From an uncultured bacterium (GTDB lineage: Bacteria > Chloroflexota > UBA5177 > JANWHV01), in NCBI GenBank assembly GCA_963827235.1, contig CAWHAE010000009.1, forward strand, positions 800,001-864,000: DNA of 64,000 nucleotides, read 5' to 3'. Below are positions 1-8,900 of this stretch, one piece after another. The notes beneath the pieces were generated by a model. The model saw only the letters and a list, made by a program, of their open reading frames with translations. It ran no database searches and was not told the DNA's origin. Positions within the stretch are counted from its first letter, which is position 1, and each line of letters opens with the position of its first letter. Made by a program: the position numbers and the translations under genes.

Positions 1-1
1 A

Positions 2-802
2 GGCGAAAGTCTTGACCTGTATGGCCGGCTCGGCGATCGACGTCGCGTCGCGTCAGTGCAGAATATCCTGGGTGCCGCGTTGATGCGGCTGGGCCGGTAC
101 GCGCCTGCCGGCGCACTGTTCGAGGAAAGTCTCAGTTTGTTCAGAGCCCTGGAGATTCCCCAGAGCGTTGCCACCGTGCTGAACAACCTGGGCCTGCTGG
201 CTCGGCACACGGGAGATCTCGCCCAAGCATCGGCATGCTATGCGGAGAGTCTTGCCATCAAGCGCGCGCTGGATGACCCGCGCGGCATCGCCGTGTCTCT
301 GAACAATCTGGGTGATGTGGCGCTCGATCAGGGGAACCTTGAGCGGGCAACACAGTTGTTTGAGGAGAGTTTAGCGCTGTTCCGCCGGCTCAATGGCCAT
401 TGGGGCATTGCGTTGCTGCTCACCAATCTTGCCGATGTCGCACGGGCCAGGGAGGACTATGGGCAGGCAGGGGACTTGTACCGGCAGAGTCTGGCGATGT
501 ACCGGGACCAGAGCAACTATTTGGACGTGGCGGAGTGCCTGGACGGTTTGGCAGCCGTGGCCCTGGCGCAGGGCAGCCCGCACTCTGCCGCTCGCTTGCT
601 TGCGGCGACAGCGGCCATTCGGGCCACGCTCGGTACCTCACAGACCCTCGCCGAACGCACGGAATACGACAGCACGATCGCCGCGGTACGCTCGGCCGCC
701 GGCGACAGCGCATTTGCTAGCGCCTGGCAAGCAGGACAAGCGCTCTCCCCCGAGGACGCGATTGCGGAGGGGCTCTCCTGGCAGCCCGTTGCTTTGCCCT
801 GA
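2..802 (+). CDS. C-terminal part of a TPR-repeat protein, likely a STAND ATPase-TPR (5' end outside window)
   Basis: Frame is open from base 2 (GESLDLYGRLGD...). Repeated LNNLG/YAESLAI helical repeats. C-terminal AFASAWQAGQALSPEDAIA matches the ends of the genes at 23291 and 36944. Confidence 0.85.
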   Translation, partial: GESLDLYGRLGDRRRVASVQNILGAALMRLGRYAPAGALFEESLSLFRALEIPQSVATVLNNLGLLARHTGDLAQASACYAESLAIKRALDDPRGIAVSLNNLGDVALDQGNLERATQLFEESLALFRRLNGHWGIALLLTNLADVARAREDYGQAGDLYRQSLAMYRDQSNYLDVAECLDGLAAVALAQGSPHSAARLLAATAAIRATLGTSQTLAERTEYDSTIAAVRSAAGDSAFASAWQAGQALSPEDAIAEGLSWQPVALP

Positions 803-967
803 GATCGGCGTAGTCTCCCGGCGACTTGGGTAGATCCGTCCGCGCATTCCCGCGACGTGGACGGGATCCCGATGGCAGCGGCGGAGGGAAGCGACTTTGA
901 CCGTGACCGTATTCCCCTTCACTACCGGATCACTCAGCTGGGCCGGTGCTCCCGTTGCGCCCCGCGA

Positions 968-1001
968 TAGGGTGAGAGGTTCTGCCTCACCCGCACCCTA
1001 C
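968..1001. repeat. Short GC-rich palindrome, REP-like or terminator-like
   Basis: TAGGGTG(968-974)...CACCCTA(994-1000) arms, with an alternative GGGTGAG/CTCACCC stem; reads GTAGGGTGCG on the minus strand. Confidence 0.3.
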
Positions 1002-1471
1002 GGTGCTGCAGGCAGCAATCTCTTGTCAGCACTTGATCGGCGCCAGAGGCGCCAGGACATTCTCCTTTACGGCCACCTTTTCCATTACCTGCAACTTCGA
1101 GGCGCAGTTGTTCGGCTTGACGGTGTCGTCGCCTGCCAAGGCCCTGTTCCAGATAACTGCCTCCTACAAGCATCCACCGTGCCGAGGTGCCCGAGCTGAG
1201 GAGCATCGCCGTGCGATGAGGCGCATGGCATTGCTCAGCGCGGCTGCGATGCGTACCGCCCCACCTGCACCGGGCTGTGCGCAGACCGAGGATACGTTAG
1301 CCTGACGGAAAGAGAGCTTGACTCGCAGGTGTACGATTGAGGCTGTAGTGGATGCAAAGACCTGCAGTCTCTAGAGGATTCGGCGCCATCAGGCCCTGAC
1401 GATGCAGCGAGCGTTAGCTTCTCTTGACGCCTATCTTCGCTTGGCCACTCCGACTGCAAAGAGCAACTGGT

Positions 1472-1510
1472 GAAACCGGCCACGACGAGTGTCGCGTGCC
1501 GGTTTCTTGC
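1472..1510 (+). terminator. Strong hairpin ~100 nt upstream of the 1605 gene (possible terminator or attenuator)
   Basis: GAAACCGGC(1472-1480)...GCCGGTTTC(1498-1506) perfect 9-bp arms plus an inner stem, followed by a short T-rich tail. Confidence 0.3.
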
Positions 1511-1604
1511 TGTCTGCGGCGGGCGGTAGACCCTCGGAAGCCGGGACGTGCGCCCCGTGCGTGCGCGTCGAATGCGAGAAAGCCGGGCAACCAGAGGAGG
1601 AGCA

Positions 1605-2399
1605 ATGGTGTTCCGTAGACAGCTAATTCGCTTGGTCTGTATACCCCTGCTCCTGGCTACGCTGCCGGCGACAAGCGTGCGCCATGCCGCGGCAGCCGGC
1701 CCGGGGCTGAAGTTCACGGAGCAGCCCTTAGTCGCGCTCGTGAACGACGGAACGCACGACCTTTCGTGGACCTTTGGTCCGCTGTGCAAGGGCGGTCATT
1801 TCGGCACCGGCACCAGCGTCTGGCTCACGGTGAATGCTACCCTCAGGGATTTGACGAGCGGGCGCACTCGCGACCTCAAGAACGTGTTTGAAAAGAAGGT
1901 CTACGGCTCGGGCGTGCCGGAGCCGATTACCAGCCTCAAGCTCGGCGACAAGTACCTGCAGGATTTCAATCACGATTACATCGTGCCGCCAGGCAAGAAT
2001 ACGGCGTACCTGTCGGTTGACGGCTGCGACGATGAGGACGATACGCCTCCCCCCGCCACCACCTCGTGGGCTACCAGATGGGCCACCAAGCCATACGTAC
2101 AGAACTCGGTGCTCAGGGCGAAGAGGTCGAACATTCTGCTTATCGGCGTCTACAACCCGCTGGTCAAGGTGCCCGGCTCGCGGAACGGCTTCCGCATCAT
2201 GGCAATGACGCTCGTCGGCTTCACGCCCATGGACATTACGATCAGCGGCGCTGGCATCTCGCGGACTATGACCTGGGATCCCAATAAGGGCCAGATGGCG
2301 ACGCTCACGGTGACGCCCAAGCAGTCAGGAACCCTGACCGTTACCACCGGCGGCGAATGCTACGACAAAGGCAGCACCACGGTGAAGGTCGATCCCTGA
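1605..2399 (+). CDS. Secreted hypothetical protein with a beta-rich (Ig-like?) C-terminus
   Basis: GAGGAGG RBS before ATG 1605; signal-peptide-like N-terminus (RRQLIRLVCIPLLLATLPA...HAAAA); strong GC3 codon bias; Pro/Thr linker. Confidence 0.75.
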   Translation: MVFRRQLIRLVCIPLLLATLPATSVRHAAAAGPGLKFTEQPLVALVNDGTHDLSWTFGPLCKGGHFGTGTSVWLTVNATLRDLTSGRTRDLKNVFEKKVYGSGVPEPITSLKLGDKYLQDFNHDYIVPPGKNTAYLSVDGCDDEDDTPPPATTSWATRWATKPYVQNSVLRAKRSNILLIGVYNPLVKVPGSRNGFRIMAMTLVGFTPMDITISGAGISRTMTWDPNKGQMATLTVTPKQSGTLTVTTGGECYDKGSTTVKVDP

Positions 2400-2491
2400 C
2401 TTCCTTGACGGCTGAGCCTGGAGGCCGGCCTTCGATTTCTTGAATAATAGCGAGACCGTCGATGGCATGCAGAGAAAGGTAAGGACCGATC

Positions 2492-4315
2492 GTGAAACAC
2501 CATCGCTTCGTGTCCCTGTTCAGCACCGTCTCCCTCGCGGTCGTCATGGTAGCCAGCCAGCCTGCCGCCAACGTGCAGGCAGCCGCTGCCACGCCCTCGC
2601 TCATTGTCCCCGGGGTATCCGTGGGCCCCGTAGCGCTTGGACCTTCGGCCGGCGCGGCAAGCATCATGGCGGCGCTGGGCAAGGGTGCCGCCTTCGACAA
2701 GAGGCAGGACCAAGTGACCCAGACGGCAGGCACGGGCAACCTGAAGGGCATCTGGAAGGTACGCCTGTACAAAGGTCAGGTCGTGGACATCGAGACGACC
2801 TCGCCCGCGGTTGCCACCAAGTCGGGTATTCACGTCGGCAGCCTGGTCAAGGACGTGAAGGCCGCCTATGGCAGTGCCCTTCAGACCAACGGCAGCAGCC
2901 TCTTCCTGGTCGGCACGACACAGATCAAGGATAGCGTCGGCAATCTCGTACACACCTACTTTGACCTCGGCAAGACGAATACGAGCGTGGAGTCTATCCG
3001 CATGGGCTACTTCCCCTGGCTGACGCCCTGCTTCGACGGGCCGACCAACAAGGAAAGCGATAGTAACATACACAACGAGAAATGGACCACGCGTGGCTGC
3101 CCGTACTTGTTCGACTACGGCGACTTCTCGGTGCTTGGCACCGTGACGGCAGACCCGGGCGTGATCGTCAGGCTCGCCGATACGGACGGCTTGGCCAGTC
3201 TTGTGATCAGCGGAGCGCTGATCGCCGACGGCACCGCCGATCAGCCGATCATCTTCACCTCGGAGAACGATCAGGCGCGTGGCGCCATTGCTCCGTTCAC
3301 CGGCAAGGCACCCCACGCCAGCGATTGGGGCGCTCTCGCGACCCAGGACAAGGGCTCGCTCGAGCTCAATCACGCCATCGTGGCCTATGGCGGCGGGTCG
3401 GAGGCAGGCCACAGTGCTGCCATCTACGTTGTCGACCCGGGGTCCAGCGTCTCGATTGAAAACACGCTGATCGCCGACAACAGTCTCTACGGCATCGATG
3501 CCACCAACGCGGGCGTCCACACGGTGATCAAGACGACGGTGTTCTCGGGCAATCACCGCCCGTTGCTGGCAGGCCCGGGACTGCAGCTGGACAATAGCCT
3601 GAACTTCACGCCCACGAACATGTCCCCCAATACCCAGGCCGCGGTCTTCCTGCCGGAGATGAATCTCGCGTCCGGTCAGCTCGCGCTCTCGCTCACCGCC
3701 GTGCCGTTTGTACTGACGGACAACATCTCGGTTGGGTCCGGTGCCACGCTCACGATCGGTCCTGGTGTGGTGCTCAAGGCCGCCAAGACCGTCGAAGACG
3801 TGACGCCGGTGTACCTTTCTGTCGCGGACAATGCCTCCTTGCAGGTGAATGGCACGAGCAACGCGCCGGTGGTCATGACGTCGTTCCAGGACGATGCGGT
3901 GAAAGGCGACACGAATGGCGATGGCATCCGCACCAAGGCCACGCCGGGCGACTGGATAGGCCTTCAGGCGGCCGACCATGCCAAGCTCAGCGCGGATTAC
4001 CTGCATGTGCTGTACGCCGGGGCGGACTCTGGCGGCAACAAAGCTGCCCTGAACCTGAATACCGATGGAGGGGTCGAGATCACGGACAGCGACATAGCGC
4101 AGAGCTTGGGAGACGGAGTGCTCATCGGCGCGGATACGCACCCGGTCAGCCTGGCGAAGACGAGCATTCATGACAACGCCGGCTTCGGCATAGACTTCGC
4201 CTCGAGCGACAGCCAGGCCAGCGCGACGGTCACCGGCGTGACCTACAGCAACAACACCGCGGGCGAGATCGGCGTGGCTGGATCTCCCGTGCCCACGCCG
4301 ACGGCGACAAGCTGA
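2492..4315 (+). CDS. Secreted right-handed parallel beta-helix (pectin-lyase-fold) repeat protein
   Basis: Signal peptide (…NVQAAAA); two GTADQPIIFTSEND/GTSNAPVVMTSFQDD…DWG/DWIG modules; I.DN..YGI beta-helix rungs. Confidence 0.8.
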   Translation: MKHHRFVSLFSTVSLAVVMVASQPAANVQAAAATPSLIVPGVSVGPVALGPSAGAASIMAALGKGAAFDKRQDQVTQTAGTGNLKGIWKVRLYKGQVVDIETTSPAVATKSGIHVGSLVKDVKAAYGSALQTNGSSLFLVGTTQIKDSVGNLVHTYFDLGKTNTSVESIRMGYFPWLTPCFDGPTNKESDSNIHNEKWTTRGCPYLFDYGDFSVLGTVTADPGVIVRLADTDGLASLVISGALIADGTADQPIIFTSENDQARGAIAPFTGKAPHASDWGALATQDKGSLELNHAIVAYGGGSEAGHSAAIYVVDPGSSVSIENTLIADNSLYGIDATNAGVHTVIKTTVFSGNHRPLLAGPGLQLDNSLNFTPTNMSPNTQAAVFLPEMNLASGQLALSLTAVPFVLTDNISVGSGATLTIGPGVVLKAAKTVEDVTPVYLSVADNASLQVNGTSNAPVVMTSFQDDAVKGDTNGDGIRTKATPGDWIGLQAADHAKLSADYLHVLYAGADSGGNKAALNLNTDGGVEITDSDIAQSLGDGVLIGADTHPVSLAKTSIHDNAGFGIDFASSDSQASATVTGVTYSNNTAGEIGVAGSPVPTPTATS

Positions 4316-4867
4316 GCCGCAGCGGCTACCGCCCTGACCAAGGCGGCACCGATCGATAGCACGGCAAAGTAGTCGGCGCGGCCAGGGAACGCTGAAGCCA
4401 AAGGCCTCACACGCCGCCACGCGCGGGGCCTTCGCCGGCACGGTGGCCACTCGTGCCCGTCGGCGCCGCAGCGGCGAATTGTTGTTGCCTGCGCAGCTCA
4501 TGCCGGACCCTGATGGGCCGATCCCGAATGGCCCGGCGCGCGGAGATGCACTGTGAAAGAGCTTCTCCAACTGGGAATGGATCGACGGCGCAGCCTCCGG
4601 CCCGGCCCAAGACCTGCTGGAGACCGGGATGGCCAGGAATAGGTAGCTACCACCGCCATGCCGGCACTGGTCAAGGGTGCGTGTAGTGCAGGAATGTGGC
4701 GAGACGTCGAAACTTACGGTGGTGCGTGCATGAGCCCGGCAGTATGATGGTGTCGGTACCCGAGCCTGAATCCTCAGCATGGCGTGCCACAGCTCGCGCG
4801 CCCCGCCATGTTGCCGGATAGCCGGGGTCCTGCCACGGCAATCGTGCACGAGAAGGAGGAGAGCGGC

Positions 4868-6316
4868 ATGCGACGCGGACTCGGCCGGTCCTTGTGGTTC
4901 TGTTGCTGCAGCGCGCTGGTCGTCGGCGTGTTGGGCCCTAGGACCGTCGCGGGAGCGAGGATGCCGGAAGCGGACGCGGCGCCACGTTCGTTCTCGCCGG
5001 CGGTACGGGCAGGCGAGCCGCGCAGACCAATCGCTTGGGCGGAGGCGCCGGCAGGGCTGACGATGGCGGTGCAGCAACTGATGCGCATGCACGGGAACAG
5101 CACCTGGAGTCAGCAGCAGGAGTTGGTCGCCAACGAGGGCGCTGGCGGTGACGAGTTTGCCTACTCCGTGGCCGTGAACAGCACCGGCGCCACGGCACTG
5201 ATCGGCATTCCTGGAGCGAACAATGCGCAAGGCGCGGCGGACGTGTTTTCTCGATCCGGCGGCACCTGGCACCTGCAGAGTGCGCTGACGGCCGGCGACG
5301 GCACGCCCGGCGACCACTTCGGCTGGTCCGTGGCCTTGAGCGGCGGTGGCAATACCGCCGTGGTCGGCGCCGACGACAAGGCGGTCGGCAGCAACAGCCA
5401 GCAAGGCGCGGCCTACGTGTTCACTCGCTCCAAGGGCAACTGGTTTCAGCGGCAAGAACTCACGGCTGCGGATGGCGGAGCGAACGACAACTTTGGCCTT
5501 TCGGTGGCGCTGAGCACCGACGGCGCCACGGCCTTGGTCGGTGCGCCGTACAGGACCTTGAGCCAAGCGAAGCAAGGAGCGGCCTACGTGTTTCTGCGCA
5601 GCAGTAACACCTGGAGCCAGCAGCAAGAGCTGACCGCCAATGACAGCGTGGGCAAGGACTATCTCGGCTACGCCGTGGCCTTGAGCGCAAATGGCACCAC
5701 GGCGCTGGTCGGTGCCGTGGGCAAGACGGTCAACGGTAACGAGGGCCAGGGCGCAGCCTACGTGTTCGCCCGCACGGCCAGCATTTGGAGCCAGCAGCGA
5801 GAGTTGATTGCCGGTGACGGCGACGCCGCCGACGAGCTCGGCTCATCCGTGGCGCTGAGTGCCGAGGGCAACACCGCTCTGGTCGGCGCCGGCAGCAAGA
5901 TGGTCAAGACGAAATACGCTCAGGGCGCCGCGTACGTATTTGTGCGATCGGGCGGCACGAATGCCGCTTGGAGCGTACCGAATGAGCTTATCGCCGCTGG
6001 CGGCAGTGAGTTTGACGAGTTTGGCCGGTCAGTGTCGCTGAGTGGCGGCGGCAACACAGCCCTGGTCGGTGCATGGGGCAAGACAGACCACGGCAAACAC
6101 GAGCAAGGTGCGGCCTACGTGTTCGCCCGCTCAGGCGGCACCTGGAGCCAGCAGGGGAGCGACCTGACGCCGAGTGACGGCGCGAATGGCGACCAATTCG
6201 GTTGGGCTGTGGCCCTGAGCGCCGACGGCAGCACTGCCTTGGTGGGCGCGGCTGATGAGGCGTTCGGCCGCAGCTATAGGCAAGGCGCAGCCTACCTGGA
6301 CACCCGCCACGCCTAG
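4868..6316 (+). CDS. Secreted FG-GAP repeat seven-bladed beta-propeller protein
   Basis: Seven repeats of L.A.DG...D.FG.SVALS..G.TALVGA...GAAYVF; AAGGAGGA RBS before ATG 4868; hydrophobic N-terminus. Confidence 0.9.
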   Translation: MRRGLGRSLWFCCCSALVVGVLGPRTVAGARMPEADAAPRSFSPAVRAGEPRRPIAWAEAPAGLTMAVQQLMRMHGNSTWSQQQELVANEGAGGDEFAYSVAVNSTGATALIGIPGANNAQGAADVFSRSGGTWHLQSALTAGDGTPGDHFGWSVALSGGGNTAVVGADDKAVGSNSQQGAAYVFTRSKGNWFQRQELTAADGGANDNFGLSVALSTDGATALVGAPYRTLSQAKQGAAYVFLRSSNTWSQQQELTANDSVGKDYLGYAVALSANGTTALVGAVGKTVNGNEGQGAAYVFARTASIWSQQRELIAGDGDAADELGSSVALSAEGNTALVGAGSKMVKTKYAQGAAYVFVRSGGTNAAWSVPNELIAAGGSEFDEFGRSVSLSGGGNTALVGAWGKTDHGKHEQGAAYVFARSGGTWSQQGSDLTPSDGANGDQFGWAVALSADGSTALVGAADEAFGRSYRQGAAYLDTRHA

Positions 6317-6676
6317 GCGACTGCGCACACCGAACGCGAGATCGGCACACCATATGCCACGCGGATTAACATGATCCAGCCAAATGCTTCCGGACTCCCG
6401 AGATCGCCCGCCATCCGGCTACCGAGCCTCACCGGTTGGGGCAGAGGCAGCCAGGAACTGCAAGGTGATCGTGTCACCACACTCAGGGCTTCGCCGAGGA
6501 GCTCCGCACGACCATCTCGGTCGGCAGGACGATGGGCTGCGCTGGCTCCTCTGGCCCTTCACTCACTTGGGACTCCGTAGCCCGCCCACCGTTGCCTCCA
6601 CCATGGCCCGCCGTCGGACGGACTCGCAGGCGTGCGCCGACGCCCCGGCGCGGTCCGTAAGGCGCCGACCTCCCGC

Positions 6677-7552
6677 TTAACGTAACCCGGCGAACAGATC
6701 GCGTTCGGGCAGCGGCGCGTCGACCGTCGAACGCACGCGCACGTACTCTTCGTCGCCGAAGGCGCGCAGCACGATCTCGGGCCGCACGTCGAAGAGGAAG
6801 AACTCGGGAGCAATCTGCGTGCGGTGGCAGCGTAGCGCCGCCACCTTGCGCTCGGCGTAGCTCACGACGTCGACGCGGGTGGTGATGCGCTCGCTGGGAA
6901 TGCCGCGGGGAGGGCTATCAGGGGGCGGCGGATTGCGCAGCCAGGGTATGTTCAGGTCGAGCTCCTCGGCAAGCGCCCGCCACCGCTCGATCTGGTCCGT
7001 GCTGCGGCCGCACATGTACAGCTTGCTGGGCTGCCAGGGCATGCCGGCGTCGACGTACTGCTTCGGATCGCCTGCCGCATCGAATGCCCGTCCCGTGACC
7101 TGGTAGGCCTTGATGTGGTCCGGATGCCCGTAGCTGCCGTTCTCGTCGTAGCTGACCAGTACCTGCGGCCGGTACCTGCGCACCAGCCGGACCAGGCGCC
7201 TGGTGGCCTCATCCGGATCGGCCATGTGGAAACAGGCCGGATTCTGGTTGGCCTCCGTGCCGGCCATGCCGGAGTCTCGATATCCCAGGTAGTCGAGCGT
7301 CTCGATACCGATCACGCGGGCGGCGGCTTCGAGCTCGCCCTTGCGCACCTCGCGTAGACGCGCGCGCGTCTCACTCGTGTTGAGCGCCGGATCGACGATC
7401 TCGCCTTCCTCTCCGCCGGTACAACACACGTTGATCGTATGAATGCCCTGTTCCGCATACAAGGCCAGCATGCCGCCTGTCGCGAACACCTCGTCGTCGG
7501 GGTGGGCGTGCACGGTCATCACCGCCAGCGAACCCGCTTCTCTACTCGCCAT
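6677..7552 (-). CDS. PIG-L family deacetylase (MshB/Mca-like)
   Basis: HAHPDDE and YGHPDH metal-binding motifs, TGGEEGE, GYRDSGM, HRTQI, DLFAGL end. Confidence 0.9.
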   Translation of the reverse strand: MASREAGSLAVMTVHAHPDDEVFATGGMLALYAEQGIHTINVCCTGGEEGEIVDPALNTSETRARLREVRKGELEAAARVIGIETLDYLGYRDSGMAGTEANQNPACFHMADPDEATRRLVRLVRRYRPQVLVSYDENGSYGHPDHIKAYQVTGRAFDAAGDPKQYVDAGMPWQPSKLYMCGRSTDQIERWRALAEELDLNIPWLRNPPPPDSPPRGIPSERITTRVDVVSYAERKVAALRCHRTQIAPEFFLFDVRPEIVLRAFGDEEYVRVRSTVDAPLPERDLFAGLR

Positions 7553-7854
7553 CTTCCATTCACTCGCCTGCGATCACGGATCTCATCTGAGTAGAGTGTG
7601 CCTGCCGGGACGTTACAGTACCAGCGTGTGGCCGGTGCGCTGCCGGGCTACCGGCGGCGCCCCGAGCGCCTTCTGCGCCCACGGTTTCGCCTCCAGCCGG
7701 CCGCGGTTCTTCGCGCAGCCACACCGGTGGAAGGCGTGTTTATCGCGCGCCGGCCGCAGCTACCGCTCCTGGTCTGCGGCGACTCGATGCCGATTCCCTG
7801 CTGGGCCTGCCCCAGTGAGCCACGGCCAGGGGTGCGCCTGTCAGGCGGTTCACG

Positions 7855-8445
7855 CTACCAGCCGCGCTCGATCCATTCGTCGATGTGCGGCTTCTCGTCG
7901 CCGATCGTCGTGCTGCGCCCGTGACCCGGATAGACGATGGTTGCCTCGGGCAGCGCGAACAGCTTGCCGCGTATGCTCTCGATAATCTGGGCGAAGTCGC
8001 TGCCGGGTCGCTTGGTGAGGCCGGGTCCACCGGGGAATAGCGTATCTCCGGCGATCAGGAACGGCGGCGCATAGAGGCAGATGCTACCGGCCGTGTGTCC
8101 CGGCGTGTGCAGCACCGTGAGCTTGGCCTCGCCGGCCCGCACCATGTCGCCGTCGCGCAGCTGCCCGTCGATCGTCCTTCCGTCCAGCAGGTGCACGTCG
8201 TCGGCGTGCATGGCCACGGGGGCACCGGTGGCCGCCCGAATCTCGTCCAGGGCCAGGAAGTGATCGCGATCGCCGTGCGTGATTACGATCAGCTCCAAAT
8301 CGGTCGTGCCCAGGGCATCCAGAATGGCGTCGGCGTCGTTGGCCGGGTCGATGAGCAGGCGCTTGCCGGTCGTGGGGCAGGTGAGGATGTACACGTTGTT
8401 GTCCATCGTCCCCACGGAGAGTGACCGGACGTCGAATGTGCTCAT
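7855..8445 (-). CDS. MBL-fold metallo-hydrolase (glyoxalase II-like)
   Basis: THGDRDH, HTPGHT, GDTLFPGG and PGHG motifs. Confidence 0.9.
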   Translation of the reverse strand: MSTFDVRSLSVGTMDNNVYILTCPTTGKRLLIDPANDADAILDALGTTDLELIVITHGDRDHFLALDEIRAATGAPVAMHADDVHLLDGRTIDGQLRDGDMVRAGEAKLTVLHTPGHTAGSICLYAPPFLIAGDTLFPGGPGLTKRPGSDFAQIIESIRGKLFALPEATIVYPGHGRSTTIGDEKPHIDEWIERGW

Positions 8446-8735
8446 TGGGGCTCTATGGTGCTGGTGAGCCCGTAGACCTGCTCGAAGCGCTCCCGGTAAT
8501 GCTCAGCGGGCTCCTTTGGGCACGTGGTGGCGATCGCCTGTCCCGTCGTATCCACCAGCGTGGCGATCTGCCAGCCGTCGCGAAAGGTCTTGCCCGGGAT
8601 CGTCTCTTGCACGGCCCTCGCCACGTCGTGGTATGTGTGCACCGGATCGTCATGAATGATCACGTGGTAGGGGTAAGTCAGCTTAGCTTTCAGCCGCTCG
8701 AGGAACTCCTGATCCGGAATGGTCGAAACGCTCAT
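8442..8735 (-). CDS. clpS: ATP-dependent Clp protease adaptor ClpS family
   Basis: YHVIIHDDPVHTYHDV N-end-rule pocket motif, GQAI..CPKE.AEHY, GLTSTIEP; ATGA overlap with the MBL gene. Confidence 0.8.
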   Translation of the reverse strand: MSVSTIPDQEFLERLKAKLTYPYHVIIHDDPVHTYHDVARAVQETIPGKTFRDGWQIATLVDTTGQAIATTCPKEPAEHYRERFEQVYGLTSTIEPQ

Positions 8736-8900
8736 CGATGCTCCTGCTTACGTGCTGCACCCAGATGCCTTGCCCTCTACTAAGCATACCGCGCGATGCA
8801 GCGTCAAGCCCGTCTGCAGGCGAATCGGGCGCGGCCTGGAGGACGTGCGGCGGCCGTGTCCGGTGCACTGCCGCGATCGCACATCCTCGCCGGGGCCGGC

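Noticed and set aside
1345-1420. GATGCAAAG…TCTAG resembling the 3' half of a c-di-GMP-I riboswitch
   Set aside because: No upstream GGCAAAC/GNRA hairpin.
4510-4640. Cobalamin-riboswitch-like words (ACTGTGA, ACTGGGAA, AAGACCTGC)
   Set aside because: The core AGGGAA..CGGTG..AA..CCG and the B12-box context are missing, and the downstream gene is unrelated to B12.
2360-5626. 1088-aa antisense ORF (likewise 18446..20218, 20496..21806, 27186..28784, 51195..52484)
   Set aside because: Shadow frames opposite well-supported genes. High GC3 suppresses stop codons, and the translations are Arg/Gly-rich without motifs.
5100-6300. Regularly spaced nucleotide repeats here and at 28300-29320 as possible CRISPR arrays
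   Set aside because: They are degenerate in-frame FG-GAP and RCC1 protein repeats; no identical repeats with unique spacers and no cas genes.
4808-6404. MLPDSR translated on both sides of the FG-GAP gene, suggesting flanking direct repeats
   Set aside because: Nucleotide identity is low and neither stretch is convincingly coding; treated as coincidence.
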